The notes beneath the pieces are model-generated. The model ran no database searches. It saw only the letters and a program-made list of their open reading frames with translations, and had not been told where the DNA came from. A program made the translations under genes and the position numbers. Below, piece by piece: positions 61,912 to 64,000 of a DNA stretch of 64,000 nucleotides (positions within the stretch are counted from its first letter, which is position 1; each line of letters starts with the position of its first letter). Where the stretch lies: contig CAYTEO010000001.1 in NCBI GenBank assembly GCA_964436825.1, forward strand, positions 9,035 through 73,034. The letters are read 5' to 3'. This DNA comes from an uncultured Fibrobacteraceae bacterium (lineage in GTDB: Bacteria > Krumholzibacteriota > Krumholzibacteriia > LZORAL124-64-63).

Positions 61912-64000
61912 TCACTCCGCCTCCATGGCCCGGGCCGGGGGTTCGTCCTGCGGTGCGGCAGGCGGCGGCGCCCCGTCGTCGGGGGCAGTGTCCGCGGCCG
62001 CCGCGGACTCCTCGTCCGGGGCGTCGTCCTCCTCGCCGACGAAGGTCAGCCGGGGCGGCTCCTCGTCCGCCGGGTCGGCGGCCGGCGCGGCGACGACGGC
62101 CTGCTCCGAGACCTGGGCGTCGATCTGGCGGCGGCGCCGGGCGATGGCATCGCCCAGCTCGGCGTCGCTGTGGGAGGCGGCCACGTCCTCGAAGCGGACC
62201 GAGACCAGGGAGCTGACCCCCTCCTCCATCATCGTCACGCCGTAGAGGTGGTTGGCCTTCTCCATCGTCAGCTTGTTGTGGGTCACCACCAGGAACTGGG
62301 TGTTGCGCGAGAACTCCTGCAGCATGTGGACGAAGCGGCGCACGTTGCTGTCGTCCAGGGGGGCGTCCGCCTCGTCCAGCAGGCAGAACGGCGACGGCTT
62401 GATCAGGTAGACGGCGAACAGCAGCGACAGGGCCGTCAGGCACCGCTCGCCGCCGGACAGCAGCCGGATGTGGTCCACCCGCTTGCCGCGGGGCTGGGCC
62501 ACGACGCTGATGTTGCCCTCCAGCGGGTCGCCCTCGGCTTCGAGGATCAGGTCGGCCCGTCCCCCCTCGAAGAGGGTCTGGAAGACGGCGATGTAGTTGC
62601 GCCGGACCTCCTCGAAGGTCTGGGTGAACAGCTGGCGGGCCGTGCGGTTGATCTTGCCGATCGTCGACACCAGGTCGTCGCGGGCCTTCTCCACGTCGGC
62701 CAGCTGGGAGCGGAGGAAGTCCAGCCGCTCCTTCTTCTGCTCGTACTCCTCCACGGCCAGGTGGTTGACCGCTCCCAGGGAGCCGAGCTTGCGCCGGGCG
62801 TCGGCCAGCAGCTCCTCCGCCTGGGAGACCTGGAAGACGTCGCCGTCGAACTGGAGCTGGGGCGGCAGGGAGTCGCGGTCGAAGGAGCGGATCAGCTCCC
62901 GGAAACGCCCCTTGTACTGCTCCTCGATCCTCTCCACGAGGTTGGCCCGGCGGACCTCCAGGGTCGCCAGCTCGGTCTCGCGCGCGTGGATCTGCTCGCG
63001 GACCTCCGCGCGCTTGTTCTCGATCTCGCGGACCCGGTCGTGCCAGGCGGCGGTCTCGGTGTGCAGGGCCGTGATGGCCTCGGCGCTGGCCTGGACCAGC
63101 AGGCGACGCCGCTCCCTCTCCTCCAGGCCGGTGGCCAGGTCCCGGCGGCGCTGCTCCAGCTCCTGCTCCATGGACGCCAGCTCCTCGCGGATCAGGACGG
63201 CCTCCTGCTTGAGCCGACCCTCCGAGGCCTCCATCTCGGCCAGCGACTCCTGGCGGTGCTGCAGGGCCGTGGCCAGCTCGCGCTTCTCCCCCAGCAGGCG
63301 GGAATGCTCCAGGCGCATGCTGGCCACCTCGGCTCGCGCGGCGTCCCGTTCCTGCTCCCCCTCGACGACCTGCCGGCGCAGCTCGTCCAGCCGGACGCTG
63401 CTGTCGCTCCGCTGGCGCGTGGTCGCGTCCAGCTCGTCGCGCAGCCGCGCTTGCTGCGCGGTCAGCTCCTCCAGGGAGGCGGCCAGCTGCTCGCTGTCCC
63501 GCTGGATGGTCTCCAGGCGCTCCTGGAGCGCCTGCAGCCGGCTCTCGTGCTCGGCCGCCTCCACGTGGAGACGGTTCAGGTCGGCGTCGAGGGTCTCGAG
63601 GGTGCGGCGCCCCTCGCGGACGGCGGCCGCGAGCTCCTGCTCCCGGGCGAGGATCCCCTCCAGGTCCGCCTCCAGCGCGGCGATCTCCCCGTCGAGGTTG
63701 GCCAGCTCCGTCGCCGCGGCCTCCAGCTTCTCGTCCCGGCCGATGAGGCTGACCTCCTCGCTGCGCCCGCGGCCGCCCCGGATCAGGCCGTCGCCGGTCA
63801 CCAGCAGGCCGTCGCGGGAGACGCAGACGACCTCGGGCGCCGCCTTCGCCGCGGCCCGCCGGCAGGCAGCGTCGTCCGCGAACAGGAAGGTCCTGGCCAG
63901 CAGGCGGTGGAGGTGGGCCGGCAGGTCCTCCGGCGTTGCGACGACGTCGAGGGCGCACACGCCGCCCGGGGAGGGAACCGATCCCGGCGCCGCGACGGCG
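61912..64000 (-). CDS. smc: Chromosome partition protein Smc, C-terminal about 690 aa. The gene continues beyond the window end.
   Basis: Long coiled-coil, then LSGGERCLTALSLLFAV (ABC signature), the Walker B LLDEADAPLDD and the D-loop. The frame stays open to 64000. Confidence 0.85.
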   Translation of the reverse strand, partial: AVAAPGSVPSPGGVCALDVVATPEDLPAHLHRLLARTFLFADDAACRRAAAKAAPEVVCVSRDGLLVTGDGLIRGGRGRSEEVSLIGRDEKLEAAATELANLDGEIAALEADLEGILAREQELAAAVREGRRTLETLDADLNRLHVEAAEHESRLQALQERLETIQRDSEQLAASLEELTAQQARLRDELDATTRQRSDSSVRLDELRRQVVEGEQERDAARAEVASMRLEHSRLLGEKRELATALQHRQESLAEMEASEGRLKQEAVLIREELASMEQELEQRRRDLATGLEERERRRLLVQASAEAITALHTETAAWHDRVREIENKRAEVREQIHARETELATLEVRRANLVERIEEQYKGRFRELIRSFDRDSLPPQLQFDGDVFQVSQAEELLADARRKLGSLGAVNHLAVEEYEQKKERLDFLRSQLADVEKARDDLVSTIGKINRTARQLFTQTFEEVRRNYIAVFQTLFEGGRADLILEAEGDPLEGNISVVAQPRGKRVDHIRLLSGGERCLTALSLLFAVYLIKPSPFCLLDEADAPLDDSNVRRFVHMLQEFSRNTQFLVVTHNKLTMEKANHLYGVTMMEEGVSSLVSVRFEDVAASHSDAELGDAIARRRRQIDAQVSEQAVVAAPAADPADEEPPRLTFVGEEDDAPDEESAAAADTAPDDGAPPPAAPQDEPPARAMEAE

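Noticed and set aside
1-64000. Search for CRISPR arrays, tRNA/rRNA genes, IS elements/transposases, integrases and phage genes.
   Set aside because: No regularly spaced direct repeats, no cloverleaf-compatible low-GC 70-90 nt islands, no transposase/integrase-like ORFs and no inverted terminal repeats were seen. The only sizeable non-coding stretches are the AT-rich sigma promoter island, the FMN riboswitch leader and the 3243-3508 spacer.

Overview
This is a high-GC (about 70%) bacterial chromosomal segment, very gene-dense. Nearly everything from about 17.6 kb to 60.8 kb is on the minus strand, and many adjacent genes overlap by 1 or 4 nt (ATGA/GTGA/TGATG junctions), which suggests translational coupling.

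Read in the minus-strand transcription direction, the content is:
- **Riboflavin operon.** An FMN riboswitch sits upstream of ribD-ribE-ribBA-ribH-nusB.
- **Cell-envelope glycosylation locus (about 18.6 kb).** It holds a SAM-dependent methyltransferase, a GT4, a flippase-like UPF0104 membrane protein, a DUF2723 (TMEM260-like) GT-C transferase, an SDR sugar epimerase/dehydratase, an ArnC-like GT2, a second GT2, a YfhO-like GT-C, a Dpm1-like GT2, a GT2-membrane fusion, a beta-propeller protein with a T9SS-type C-terminal sorting domain, a FemAB-like acyltransferase and a Wzx flippase.
- **Near-complete dcw cluster.** mraZ, then an inserted STAS-domain protein, then rsmH-ftsL-ftsI-murE-murF-mraY-murD-ftsW-murG-murC-ftsQ-ftsA-ftsZ. 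There is no murB or ddl. ftsI carries two C-terminal PASTA domains. A cytoplasmic TPR protein is TGATG-coupled to ftsZ and is followed by a secreted TPR-parvulin.
- **Upstream part of the window.** valS (5' part), a PDZ-polytopic-GAF-PP2C (SpoIIE/RsbU-like) phosphatase, a dsbD-trxA-tlpA-cpn10-like operon, an FG-GAP protein, a YigZ/IMPACT protein, a sigma-70-family factor with an AT-rich promoter island, DUF4139, an orphan receiver, uppP, TPR proteins, recG and rpmB.
- **Downstream end.** ftsY and the 3' two-thirds of smc.

I found no rRNA, tRNA, CRISPR array or mobile element. The many long ORFs in alternative frames are high-GC frame artifacts.

The most novel-looking content is the glycosylation locus. 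It contains two polyprenyl-phosphate-sugar-synthase / GT-C pairs, one of them DUF2723/TMEM260-like, with an embedded T9SS-sorted beta-propeller. The other unusual item is the STAS insertion between mraZ and rsmH, together with a distant PP2C phosphatase.

Coordinates for internal start sites that I derived by hand may be off by a few nt.
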